A stretch of 27,816 bases of DNA from Chlamydiota bacterium (GTDB lineage Bacteria; Auribacterota; Tritonobacteria; UBA1439). The stretch spans positions 1 through 27,816 of the forward strand of contig JBAXOY010000029.1 in assembly GCA_037133055.1 (NCBI GenBank). The letters run 5' to 3'. How positions within the stretch are numbered: position 1 is the first letter of the stretch; each line of letters begins with the position of its first letter. This document shows, piece by piece, positions 8,868 to 17,296 of this stretch. The notes beneath the pieces were generated by a model. That model was given only the letters and a program-made list of their open reading frames with translations. It made no database searches and was not told where the DNA came from. Made by a program: the position numbers and the translations under genes.

Positions 8868-8937
8868 ACCTCGACCTGAGCACCCGCCCCGCGTACATGG
8901 AGCAGTTCGTCGCCTCCCTCTTCATCCCGCAGACGGA
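8861..8937 (+). repeat. 77-bp direct repeat, copy 2 (duplicate of the acsV 3' end)
   Basis: Translates as ITYLDLSTRPAYMEQFVASLFIPQTD versus ITYLDLSTHPSYMEQFVASLFIPHTD in acsV. Confidence 0.92.
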
Positions 8938-9035
8938 TATCGTATCTCGGCAAAATTGATTAACTACATACGCACATTGCACCAAGTTAACAGCCGATGA
9001 TAATTCCGGCGAAAAGTTTCGGCGAAAAGAATGTA

Positions 9036-9070
9036 TTGATTTATGACGTCTGGACGTCTATTATAAGTAT
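9036..9070 (+). promoter_or_regulatory. sigma70-type promoter predicting a leaderless methyltransferase mRNA, with two GACGTC palindromes in the spacer
   Basis: TTGATT (9036-9041), 17 bp, TATTAT (9059-9064), 6 bp, ATG (9071). No SD sequence. GACGTC at 9045-9050 and 9053-9058. Confidence 0.65.
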
Positions 9071-10213
9071 ATGAACAAGATCGCCGTTCGTTATCCTCCT
9101 GGCCATGTTCGAGACGCCATTTTACAGGTCCTTTCTTTAACTTCCAAGGCCCTCTCAGTCAAGGAAATCGAAGACCGGGTAGCGCAAGTAATCGGCCCTA
9201 CACCAAGGTCATCAGTGAGATCATATCTACGGCTCAATACCCCGGAGAGATTTATTCGCGAAACAAGGGGATGCTATAACATCTTTAACCATGAAGTTCC
9301 CGGGCTTCAAGGTCAACTTGCTCAAATCCAATCCTGGCAGCCCCCTTTTTATTTCGAAAATGCCACGATGATACACGCTGACTGTTTTGACTGGATTGAG
9401 CAACAGAATAATAACAGCATTCATGCCATCGTCACAGATCCACCATATGGGCTGCATGAATATGCCCATGAACAGCAAATGAAATTACGGACTGGGAAAG
9501 GTGGCGTTTGGAGAATACCACCGTCCTATGACGGCCATAAAAGATCACCTCTGCCGCGATTCACTACTCTTACCGATACGCAACTTGGAGATCTGCGCAT
9601 CTTCTTTTACATCTGGGCTCGACTTCTTTTACCGAAACTGGTACCTGGCGCACATGTGGTTGTAGCATCGAATCCACTTCTTTCTTATATTGTCTCTAAT
9701 GCCCTTGCAGAAGCCGGGCTTGAACGTCGTGGAGAAATTATCCGACTGACTATGACCCTGCGTGGAGGTGACCGACCTAAAGCAGCACATAACGAGTTCC
9801 GAGGAGTAAGCGTGATGCCTCGCTCCATGTGGGAGCCATGGGTTGTGTATCGAAAACAAATCGAGGGGCGCGTTCAGGATAATTTGCGAAAGTGGGGCAC
9901 CGGGGGATTCAAACGACCTTCTGAGAACAAACCTTTTGGAGATGTGATTCCTTCATCTCCGACTCGAAGTAACGAACGAGCATTGGCATCCCATCCCAGT
10001 TTAAAGCCGCAGTCTTTCTTACGTCAAGTTGTACGGGCTGTTTTACCATTAGGCAAAGGTATAGTGGTAGATACTTTTGCCGGAGCTGGTTCTACGCTGG
10101 CGGCCGCGCAAGCGGTAGGATATTCGAGTATAGGGATTGAGAAAGATGAACATTATTTCCGATCAGCATGTAAAGCGATTCCAAAACTCGCGTATTATCA
10201 GCCACACGGTTAA
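9071..10213 (+). CDS. Amino (N6-adenine/N4-cytosine) DNA methyltransferase, beta-class motif order, with an N-terminal winged-HTH-like domain
   Basis: Catalytic motif IVTDPPY precedes HPSLKP and the SAM-binding motif DTFAGAGSTL...GIE. An extra ~70-aa N-terminus (VRDAILQVLS...LSVKEIEDRV...SSVRSYL...FIRETRGCY) looks like a wHTH. Confidence 0.9.
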   Translation: MNKIAVRYPPGHVRDAILQVLSLTSKALSVKEIEDRVAQVIGPTPRSSVRSYLRLNTPERFIRETRGCYNIFNHEVPGLQGQLAQIQSWQPPFYFENATMIHADCFDWIEQQNNNSIHAIVTDPPYGLHEYAHEQQMKLRTGKGGVWRIPPSYDGHKRSPLPRFTTLTDTQLGDLRIFFYIWARLLLPKLVPGAHVVVASNPLLSYIVSNALAEAGLERRGEIIRLTMTLRGGDRPKAAHNEFRGVSVMPRSMWEPWVVYRKQIEGRVQDNLRKWGTGGFKRPSENKPFGDVIPSSPTRSNERALASHPSLKPQSFLRQVVRAVLPLGKGIVVDTFAGAGSTLAAAQAVGYSSIGIEKDEHYFRSACKAIPKLAYYQPHG

Positions 10214-10214
10214 A

Positions 10215-10817
10215 CTATAATCGATAAATCCAATTGTTCCTCAACTTCTTGATGCCGTTCTTGTGTAAAGTAGCAGTCCGTGTCCCAAGCTCTCCTCGCT
10301 GATTACGGCGAAAATCGCTGATAGTAACTTCTCCAAGATAGATTTCCGTAAAAGTCATTGGTTTTCGACCAGATACCGGTTCGGTTTCGGTATCGACATG
10401 ATACACAAACACGCACATCCATTGGTCTCTTGCTCCATGTGTATCAACAGCCCCGCCCGTTTTACGCGTCGTTTTAATTTCTATCCCCCCAGCTCCCGCT
10501 TTAACGGAGTTGTCGGCGTAAATACCCTGAACGACAAGGTCGGGATGTCCGTTGAAATAGCGATTTTCAGTCAGAGCCCGAGAATGATTGGCGAGACTTG
10601 CAGTGATCATATCCGAGAGGACCCCGGACATAATCGCAGGACGCAACATATCGTCCAAACGCTGCAATCCTTTTCGTGAGAGATGTGCATTAACGTCATA
10701 GAAAAAGTCATACACATCCTGCATCGCCATCTGAAAATCCTGCAGTCTTAATTTAAAAGGCAGTTTGGCGCGTGGATTGAACTTCTTAGAATCAATTTTA
10801 TTCCTGGCTATGGCCAT
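10215..10817 (-). CDS. Putative Type II restriction endonuclease (PD-(D/E)XK)
   Basis: Contains GHPDLV...GIEIKTT. Convergent with the methyltransferase, stops 1 bp apart, same lower-GC composition. Start taken at MAIARN (10817) after a G-rich RBS. Confidence 0.7.
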   Translation of the reverse strand: MAIARNKIDSKKFNPRAKLPFKLRLQDFQMAMQDVYDFFYDVNAHLSRKGLQRLDDMLRPAIMSGVLSDMITASLANHSRALTENRYFNGHPDLVVQGIYADNSVKAGAGGIEIKTTRKTGGAVDTHGARDQWMCVFVYHVDTETEPVSGRKPMTFTEIYLGEVTISDFRRNQRGELGTRTATLHKNGIKKLRNNWIYRL

Positions 10818-11231
10818 TCCCCCCCCCGTCATTAGACCCAAGGAAGATAATACTCCGTCATTTAACTTATCGGGAATGCCATTTGTCAAGGGTATGTTTT
10901 TAAGGATTCCCAATTTATGGTTTTACACTACCATATACCTGCTGAGCATGCATGAACTTTTCTAAAATATCCGGCAGCGCAGCATTGTGATGGTTTGCCA
11001 TGATGAGGCATTATCATCGGATACAGAATCACCATGTCTCCCTATGTTCAGGTCTCCCCCTTCTGTTGGCATCACGCCGTATTTAGACTAGGCGCCTGTC
11101 CGAGTAATGGATCTCGACGCGTTTCGAGCGCCGGGCGGCCGGATGCAAGGCGAGGCGACGAAGGCGATGTCCTGCCCATCGTCACGGGCGCCGCAACACC
11201 GCAACGCCGCAGCAAGCCGCCCCCCGCAGCA

Positions 11232-11930
11232 TCAGCGCAGGGGGGGGATCAGGGATTTGACTTTCGCCTTCCCCACGATCTCCCCAATGACCTGCTCGCG
11301 CGTCATCCCGGTCGTGTCCACCTCGACGCCGTCGTCGGCCTTCTTGAGCGGGCTGTCGGCACGGGTCGAGTCCTGGTGGTCGCGGGCCTTGACCTCCTCG
11401 ATCACCTCCGCCATGACCGGCGTCTTCCCCTTCGACTGGAGCTCGAGTAACCGCCTCTTCGCGCGCTCCTCGACGGAGCCGGAGAGAAATATCTTCAACT
11501 CAGCGTCCGGGAGGACCACCGTGCCGATGTCGCGCCCCTCCATCACGACGCCGCCCTTCTCCGCCATCTTCTTCTGCATCGCCACGAGCGCCCGGCGCAC
11601 GCCGGAGATGGTGCCGATCTTCGACGCCCCGCCGCCGATGTCGGTCTCGCGGATCGCCTTCGAGACATCCTCTCCGTCCAGGCGGACGACGCTCGTCTCG
11701 TCCTCGCCCTTGGCGGGCTCGAGCGTGACCGAGGTCGCGCGGGCGAGCGCGGTCATCTTCTCCCCGTCGTCCCAGGAGACGCCCTTCCGCTTCGCCTTCA
11801 GGGCGACCGCGCGGTACATCGCCCCCGTGTCGATGTAGGTGTAGCCCATCGCGCGCGCCACGCGCTTTGCGACCGTGCTCTTCCCCGACCCGACTGGCCC
11901 GTCGATCGCGATCTTGATCCGCTTTTCCAT
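11232..11930 (-). CDS. cmk: Cytidylate kinase
   Basis: Motifs IAIDGPVGSGKSTVAK, YIDTGAMYRAVA, VMEGRDIGTVVLPDAELKIFL, RDHQDSTRADSPL. Confidence 0.97.
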   Translation of the reverse strand: MEKRIKIAIDGPVGSGKSTVAKRVARAMGYTYIDTGAMYRAVALKAKRKGVSWDDGEKMTALARATSVTLEPAKGEDETSVVRLDGEDVSKAIRETDIGGGASKIGTISGVRRALVAMQKKMAEKGGVVMEGRDIGTVVLPDAELKIFLSGSVEERAKRRLLELQSKGKTPVMAEVIEEVKARDHQDSTRADSPLKKADDGVEVDTTGMTREQVIGEIVGKAKVKSLIPPLR

Positions 11931-11961
11931 ATATGTATCCCCCCCTGTGCGGCGGATGGGC

Positions 11962-11970
11962 ATTGTAGCA
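11962..11970 (-). promoter_or_regulatory. Extended -10 promoter element for cmk
   Basis: The reverse strand reads TGC-TACAAT about 30 bp upstream of the cmk ATG. Confidence 0.5.
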
Positions 11971-12043
11971 TTTTGACAAGATTGTTGTTGACTTATCCGG
12001 TCGCGGCAGCTATAAATAAGGGTGTGAGCGGTGTTGGCCGGAG

Positions 12044-14968
12044 ATGGCCGCGATGCCGGGATTGCGCGCGGTTTTCCGTCGGCCCGCCGTGGCTCTTCAG
12101 GGACAGGATTTCAAGGCTCTTTCAGAAGAACCATCTCACGGGGATGGTCTCGTGAAAGCCTCAAGCCTTTTCCGCCTGACGCCTCTTCACGCCGCGGCAG
12201 CCTGTTCCCTCGCCGTTCTCTCGCTCTCCGCATTCCGGCCCCCCTTTGTCGAGCGCATGGAGCTTGCGCTGTTCGACCTGAAATGCTCCCTGTGGGGCGC
12301 GGGGGCAACTTCGGAAAGGATCGCGATCGTCGAAATCAACCGGTCCTCGATCCGCGAAATCGGCGCGTGGCCGTGGCGGAGGGAGACCATCGATTCTCTC
12401 GTAGAGATCATTTCCACGGGAAAACCAAGCGCCATAGGCCTCGACTTTCCCCTGCCCCCCGCGCGCGCGGGCGAAGAAGAGACCGATGCGCTCACCCACG
12501 CCGTTCGCCGTGCGGGAAACATCGTGCTCTCCTACTCCATGTCCGTTCACGCACCCGGGGGGCGGAATGCGCGGTACGAAACCGCTGCGCGCCCGCCCCG
12601 CCCTCATCTGCCCTGGGAGCTGAAAACGGCCGTCGCTCGCGATGGAGCCGCCGCGATGCGCGGGCATCTTGAGGACGGCGCACTGGATCTGCGTCCCGGC
12701 CTCGCTGCCCATGCCGCAGCGGGCCTCGGCTATCGGAACACCCATCCGGGGGCCGATGGAGCGGTGCGGGGAATACCGCTGGCCATTCAGGCTGATGGGG
12801 CGCTGTACGCGCCCTTCTCGCTCGAGGTTCTGCGCGTTTCAATGCGCGCGAACCCGGGCTCAATCGAGTTTTGCGGCGACACGGTCGCCTCTCTGCATGT
12901 GGGTCCGTATCATATCCCCGCGGGCGATGACGGGGCGCTGCTGCTCGACTATCACGGCGGCGCGCGCCATTTTCGCACCTACGCGGCATCCGAAATACTC
13001 TCCGGCGCTGTCGCGCCCGGCGTCTTTTCAGGGAAAATCATTCTTGTGGGAGGGAGCTGCCCCGGGATCTTCGGGACGCAGCCCACCCCGTTCTCGCTCC
13101 GCACTCCCGCCGCGGTCCTCCACGCCCATGCCATAGACAGCGTGCTCTGCGGACGCACCCTGACCGCCCCTCGCTGCGCTCCCGGTGCGCTCTCCCTCGT
13201 CATACTCGGCCTCAGCCTGCTGCCGGCTCTCGCCATAGCACGCTTCCCGCGGGTCGGCTGCGGCGCGGCGCTCGGCGCGGCGGCGATACTCGGGCTCCTG
13301 TTCGCCGATGTGTACCTGCTGCACGCCAGACAGATGGTGCTCAGCACGGCGTGCCCCCTGCTGGGCTTGGGGGCAAGCTGCATGACCGGCCTGCTGTGGG
13401 TCACCGCCTCGCGGGCGCACAGCGCAAGAATCGCGGTGCGGGGGCTCCGGGCGATCGGCGATATCGCCCTCGCCACCCCCGGCTCCCCGCGTCTCATCCC
13501 GGAAATGCTCGCAATGCTGCTCGCCCTTCTTAGCGGAAAACGCGGCTTCATACTGCTCAGACCCATCGAAGGGGTTCGTGCTTGTCCCGGCCGCTGGAAG
13601 ATCCTGGCCGCACAGGGAATCTCCGCCACCCTGCGGCGACAGATCTTTTCGCCTCTCCGCGAGAGAATCATCGCCGACGCCGAAAAAAGCGGGCGGCCGG
13701 TTCTCATCCCGCGCAGGGCATGGCACAGCGGCTGCGTCCCCCCCGGGAAGGAGATACTGCGCTACCGGCCCGATTTCATGCTCTGGCTGCCTCTCATCAC
13801 CCGCGGAAGGATCGTCGGGATGGCATACGCGGATGGGAGGGGCTGTCGCGGCTGCCTCTCGGCGCGTTACCTGCCCCTGCTTGCATCTTTCGGCGCCCGG
13901 ATGGCGGCCGCGATCGATGCCGCCGTCCTGAGCCGGGGCGCGGAGGAGTCGCCCGGGCGCTCTGAACCCGGGACTGCCCGCCCCTGCATCACGGATGAAA
14001 TGCAGTTTGGGGACATCATACGCGCCCCCGGCTCGATGCACGCCCTCTTTCGGCTCATCGAGAAGGCCGCGGCGGGCACATCGGCGGTTCTTATCGAGGG
14101 GGAAACAGGAACCGGCAAAGAGCTGATCGCCCGGGCGATCCACCATCACGGCCCCCGCCGCGAGCATGTCTTTATCGCGCAAAACTGCGCCGCGCTCTCC
14201 GAGTCGCTCCTGGAGAGCGAGCTGTTCGGGCACGTGCGGGGCGCGTTCACGGGGGCCCTGCGCACCACGCGCGGGCTCCTCGCGATGGCGGACAGGGGCA
14301 CGGTGTTCCTCGACGAGATCGCCGACTGCTCCGCCGCGGTGCAGGCGAAGCTGCTGCGGTTTTTGCAGGACGGGGTTGTCCGCCCGGTCGGCGGGACGCA
14401 GGAACTCGCGCTCGACGTGCGGATCATCTCGGCGACCAACCGCGATCTCGAGGAGGAGGTGGCGAAAGGAAATTTCCGCAAGGACCTCTTCTACCGGCTG
14501 AACGTCATCCCGATCATGGTCCCGCCGCTCAGGGAGAGGCGGCAGGACATCCCGTGCCTCGCGTCGCACTTTCTCGCGGAATACGCGGGCAGGGCCGGGA
14601 AGAAGATCGAGGGGTTCACGGGCGAGGCGATGCGGCTGCTCGAGGCGTATGACTTCCCCGGCAACGTCCGGGAACTGGAGAACGAGATCGCGCGGATCTC
14701 GGCGATGCACCAGGGCGGCTCCCTGGTGGCCGTGAATGATCTCTCGGATAAGATCAGGAGGGTGTCCGGCGACCCGCACACGATCTCCTACCCGCCCGGT
14801 GTCCCCCTGAAGGAAAGCATGAAGGCGCTGGAGCGGGACATCATAGCGCACGCGCTGGAGGAATCGCAGGGCAACGTCACGCGCGCGGCGCTGGCGCTCG
14901 GCGTGAGCCGCTACGGCCTGTACAAGAAGATGAACGGTCAGGGGATCGCCCACCCCGCCCGCGGATGA
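12044..14968 (+). CDS. Membrane-anchored sigma54-dependent activator: CHASE2, TM helices, GAF-like, AAA+ and Fis HTH
   Basis: CHASE2 motifs IAIVEIN..SIREIGAWPWRR, DGAVRGIPL, GKIILVG and HAHAIDS, followed by three hydrophobic segments. GAF-like LWLPLITRGRIVGMAYAD. AAA+ motifs GETGTGKE, ESELFGHVRGAFTGA, FLDEI, FRKDLFYRLN, FPGNVRELEN. C-terminal GNVTRAALALGVSR. The true start may be downstream (e.g. GTG near 12151). Confidence 0.88.
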   Translation: MAAMPGLRAVFRRPAVALQGQDFKALSEEPSHGDGLVKASSLFRLTPLHAAAACSLAVLSLSAFRPPFVERMELALFDLKCSLWGAGATSERIAIVEINRSSIREIGAWPWRRETIDSLVEIISTGKPSAIGLDFPLPPARAGEEETDALTHAVRRAGNIVLSYSMSVHAPGGRNARYETAARPPRPHLPWELKTAVARDGAAAMRGHLEDGALDLRPGLAAHAAAGLGYRNTHPGADGAVRGIPLAIQADGALYAPFSLEVLRVSMRANPGSIEFCGDTVASLHVGPYHIPAGDDGALLLDYHGGARHFRTYAASEILSGAVAPGVFSGKIILVGGSCPGIFGTQPTPFSLRTPAAVLHAHAIDSVLCGRTLTAPRCAPGALSLVILGLSLLPALAIARFPRVGCGAALGAAAILGLLFADVYLLHARQMVLSTACPLLGLGASCMTGLLWVTASRAHSARIAVRGLRAIGDIALATPGSPRLIPEMLAMLLALLSGKRGFILLRPIEGVRACPGRWKILAAQGISATLRRQIFSPLRERIIADAEKSGRPVLIPRRAWHSGCVPPGKEILRYRPDFMLWLPLITRGRIVGMAYADGRGCRGCLSARYLPLLASFGARMAAAIDAAVLSRGAEESPGRSEPGTARPCITDEMQFGDIIRAPGSMHALFRLIEKAAAGTSAVLIEGETGTGKELIARAIHHHGPRREHVFIAQNCAALSESLLESELFGHVRGAFTGALRTTRGLLAMADRGTVFLDEIADCSAAVQAKLLRFLQDGVVRPVGGTQELALDVRIISATNRDLEEEVAKGNFRKDLFYRLNVIPIMVPPLRERRQDIPCLASHFLAEYAGRAGKKIEGFTGEAMRLLEAYDFPGNVRELENEIARISAMHQGGSLVAVNDLSDKIRRVSGDPHTISYPPGVPLKESMKALERDIIAHALEESQGNVTRAALALGVSRYGLYKKMNGQGIAHPARG

Positions 14969-15014
14969 AACGGGCGGTCCCTTCAGCGCCAGGGCTTCCG
15001 GCGGACAGGCCGGC

Positions 15015-15037
15015 GGGCGGGCTGAAGCCCGCCCTGC
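15015..15037 (-). repeat. REP-like palindrome
   Basis: gggcgggctgaagcccgccctgc; the reverse strand reads GCAG-ggcgggcttcagcccgccc. Confidence 0.6.
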
Positions 15038-15125
15038 GATGCCTTTTTATCCGTGTTCATCCGTGTCAAACATTGATCTCCATGGCCTCTGTGCATGATC
15101 TCTGTGGCCAACTTTTTCGCAGCTC

Positions 15126-15154
15126 TTGACACCGCGCGGCCGTTGCGGTACCGT
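15126..15154 (+). promoter_or_regulatory. sigma70-type promoter of the tolQRA-like operon
   Basis: TTGACA, 17 bp, TACCGT upstream of the GGAG RBS and ATG 15238. Confidence 0.55.
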
Positions 15155-15237
15155 ATCCGTTGAGCCAGACGGTGCCCCCCATCGTCTCCCCCGGGCGGCG
15201 GAGTCCGCCTGTTTCCCGCAACCGGAGAGACACTCGC

Positions 15238-15927
15238 ATGAACAGCTCCCTGATTCAAACCTTCACCACCTCCGACATCGTCGGGCAGGTCATCACGCTC
15301 TCGATCCTGGCGCTCTCCATCCTCGCCTGGTTCGTCATCATCGACAAGATCCGTTACCTCCGCGCGGTCGAGCGCTACTCCGAGGCGTTCCTCGCCCAAT
15401 ACCGCAAGGACCGGGAGCACATCTTCTCCCAGCACTTCTCGAAGGACCACGCCCCCCTCTGCCCCACCTTCAAGATCTATGCCGCGGGCGTCAAGGAACT
15501 GAAGCGCCACGCGGGAGAGCAGGAGAACCTCGAGCGCGCGAGCGGCCTGCTCTCGGAGCTCCAGATGGAGGAGGTCGAGGAGGCCGTGCAGCGGACGATC
15601 TCCAACGAGACCGCGATGATGGAGAGGCTGATGATCATCCTCGCGATCACCGCCGTGGTCGGGCCGCTGATGGGCCTCCTCGGGACCGTCTGGGGGATCA
15701 TGAACGCGTTCAACGCGATGGCCGCCGCCGGGAGCCCGTCGCTTTTGATCGTCGCCCCGGGCATCGCCGGAGCCCTCATCACGACGGTCGTGGGGCTCCT
15801 CGTCGCGATCCCCTCGGTCGCCGCGTACAACATCTTCCTCTCCCGGATACGGAGGATGGGCGCGGTCATGGACGACTTCGCCGGGGAGCTCACCGCCGCG
15901 ATCCGGCGCAGGCTCCTCGTCCACTGA
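15238..15927 (+). CDS. tolQ: MotA/TolQ/ExbB proton channel protein
   Basis: Motifs GPLMGLLGTVWGIMNAF and VAPGIAGALITTVVGLLVAIPSVAAYN; three TM segments. Confidence 0.9.
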   Translation: MNSSLIQTFTTSDIVGQVITLSILALSILAWFVIIDKIRYLRAVERYSEAFLAQYRKDREHIFSQHFSKDHAPLCPTFKIYAAGVKELKRHAGEQENLERASGLLSELQMEEVEEAVQRTISNETAMMERLMIILAITAVVGPLMGLLGTVWGIMNAFNAMAAAGSPSLLIVAPGIAGALITTVVGLLVAIPSVAAYNIFLSRIRRMGAVMDDFAGELTAAIRRRLLVH

Positions 15928-15945
15928 GGAGGAAGCACCACCCCC

Positions 15946-16371
15946 ATGAGAAGAAGACGCTCGTCGCGGACGCGCCTCGCCCCCCTCGCGGAGATCAACC
16001 TCACCTCCATGATCGACGTGATCTTCTTCATGCTCATCCTCTTCCTCCTCGTCTCCCCCGTCGTCGAGTACGGCATCAACGTGAACCTCCCCGAAACGGC
16101 GGCGAAGAAGATGGCCGAGCCCGAGAGCCTCACGGTGAACGTGAAGAACATCGAGGGGGGGGCGCGGATCTATCTCGACAACGAGCGCGTGACGATGGAG
16201 GAGCTCGAGGGGCGCCTGAAAACCATCGCCGCCCGGAAGCCCGACACCGCGCTCATCCTCCGCGCCGACAAGGCGCTCAGCTATGACACGGTCGTCCAGG
16301 TGATCGACCGGATCACCGACGCGGGCATCACCAAGATGGGCATGGCGACCCTGGCGAAACCGGAGAAGTAG
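15946..16371 (+). CDS. tolR: ExbD/TolR protein
   Basis: Motifs EINLTSMIDVIFFMLILF, INVNLP, LILRADKALSYDTVVQVID. Confidence 0.9.
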   Translation: MRRRRSSRTRLAPLAEINLTSMIDVIFFMLILFLLVSPVVEYGINVNLPETAAKKMAEPESLTVNVKNIEGGARIYLDNERVTMEELEGRLKTIAARKPDTALILRADKALSYDTVVQVIDRITDAGITKMGMATLAKPEK

Positions 16372-16379
16372 TGTGCGCC

Positions 16380-17216
16380 ATGCGACAGGGCGGCGAGAAG
16401 TCACGCCACATCCAGGATTTCAGCATCTCCGCCATCGCCCACACCCTCATCATCCTTCTCGCCGTCGTCATCCCCAACTGGGGCAACTTCCGATCCCCCA
16501 AGAAGCCCGAGCATAAGATCTACACCTTCAACCTCATCGACCCCTCGATGATCAGCATGAAGAAGACGTCGGGGGCCCCCCTCTCCTCCACCGCGAAGAC
16601 CACCGCGCCCCCGAAAAAGGACACGGTCAAGGTGAAGAAGGAGGAGCAGAAAAAAGAGGAGCCCAAGAAGAAGGAGCCCCCGAAGAAAAAAGAGGAGCCG
16701 AAAAAGAAGGACAGGAAGGCCGACAAAAAGAAGCCGCCGAAGGAGAAGCCGGTGTTCTCCAAGAAATCCATCGCGGAGAAGATCAAGGACCAGCTCAAGA
16801 AGATCGAGGAGGAGTCGAAGAGCGAGTGGGTCGAGCCCGACAAGGCCGAAGAGCTGCTCAAGCCGGCCTCGCAGGGCAGGGTCGCCGAGCAGGGGATCGC
16901 CGGGCTCCTCAACACGGGCGATTTCCTGAACGTCTCGTACAACGACGCCGTCGCGTCGCTCATCTACCAGGCCTGGCAGCCGCCGAGCAAGACGCCCACG
17001 GACAAGGAGAACGTCACCGTCGTGGTGCGGTTCAAGATCGCCAAGGACGGCGCCGTCTCGAACCCGCGCGTGGAGAAGAAGTCGGGGAGCGAGGTCCTGG
17101 ACGCCTCGGCCCTCCAGGCGATCAAGGACTCGTCGCCCCTGCCGCCGCTGCCGGACGACTACGCGGGCGACTCGCTCGAGGTGTGCATGACGTTCGTGCC
17201 CGTGCCGGAGGAATAG
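16380..17216 (+). CDS. TolA/TonB-family energy transducer
   Basis: N-terminal TM with S-x3-H (SAIAH), a Lys/Glu/Pro-rich linker, and C-terminal AWQPPS...VVRFKIAKDGAV...KSGSEVLDASALQAI...PLPPLP. Alternative GTG start at 16371. Confidence 0.85.
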   Translation: MRQGGEKSRHIQDFSISAIAHTLIILLAVVIPNWGNFRSPKKPEHKIYTFNLIDPSMISMKKTSGAPLSSTAKTTAPPKKDTVKVKKEEQKKEEPKKKEPPKKKEEPKKKDRKADKKKPPKEKPVFSKKSIAEKIKDQLKKIEEESKSEWVEPDKAEELLKPASQGRVAEQGIAGLLNTGDFLNVSYNDAVASLIYQAWQPPSKTPTDKENVTVVVRFKIAKDGAVSNPRVEKKSGSEVLDASALQAIKDSSPLPPLPDDYAGDSLEVCMTFVPVPEE

Positions 17217-17296
17217 ATGTTCCGCCACGGAGGGCTCCCCGTGACGGCAGGGCGCGCGAGCGCACAGGGGCAGACTGAAGGCTGCCTTACAAATAT

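Noticed and set aside
8494..9000. 168-aa ORF as a real gene
   Set aside because: It is a composite of non-coding sequence, a REP-like element, the epimerase fragment and an out-of-frame acsV copy.
7530..11230. Intact prophage, IS or integron
   Set aside because: No integrase, transposase or phage gene is present and no convincing attC structure was seen; only the duplication and composition shift are supported.
11990..15240. sigma54 -24/-12 promoter near the activator gene
   Set aside because: The TGGC candidates I checked (near 12035 and 15105) do not give the required GG-N10-GC spacing.
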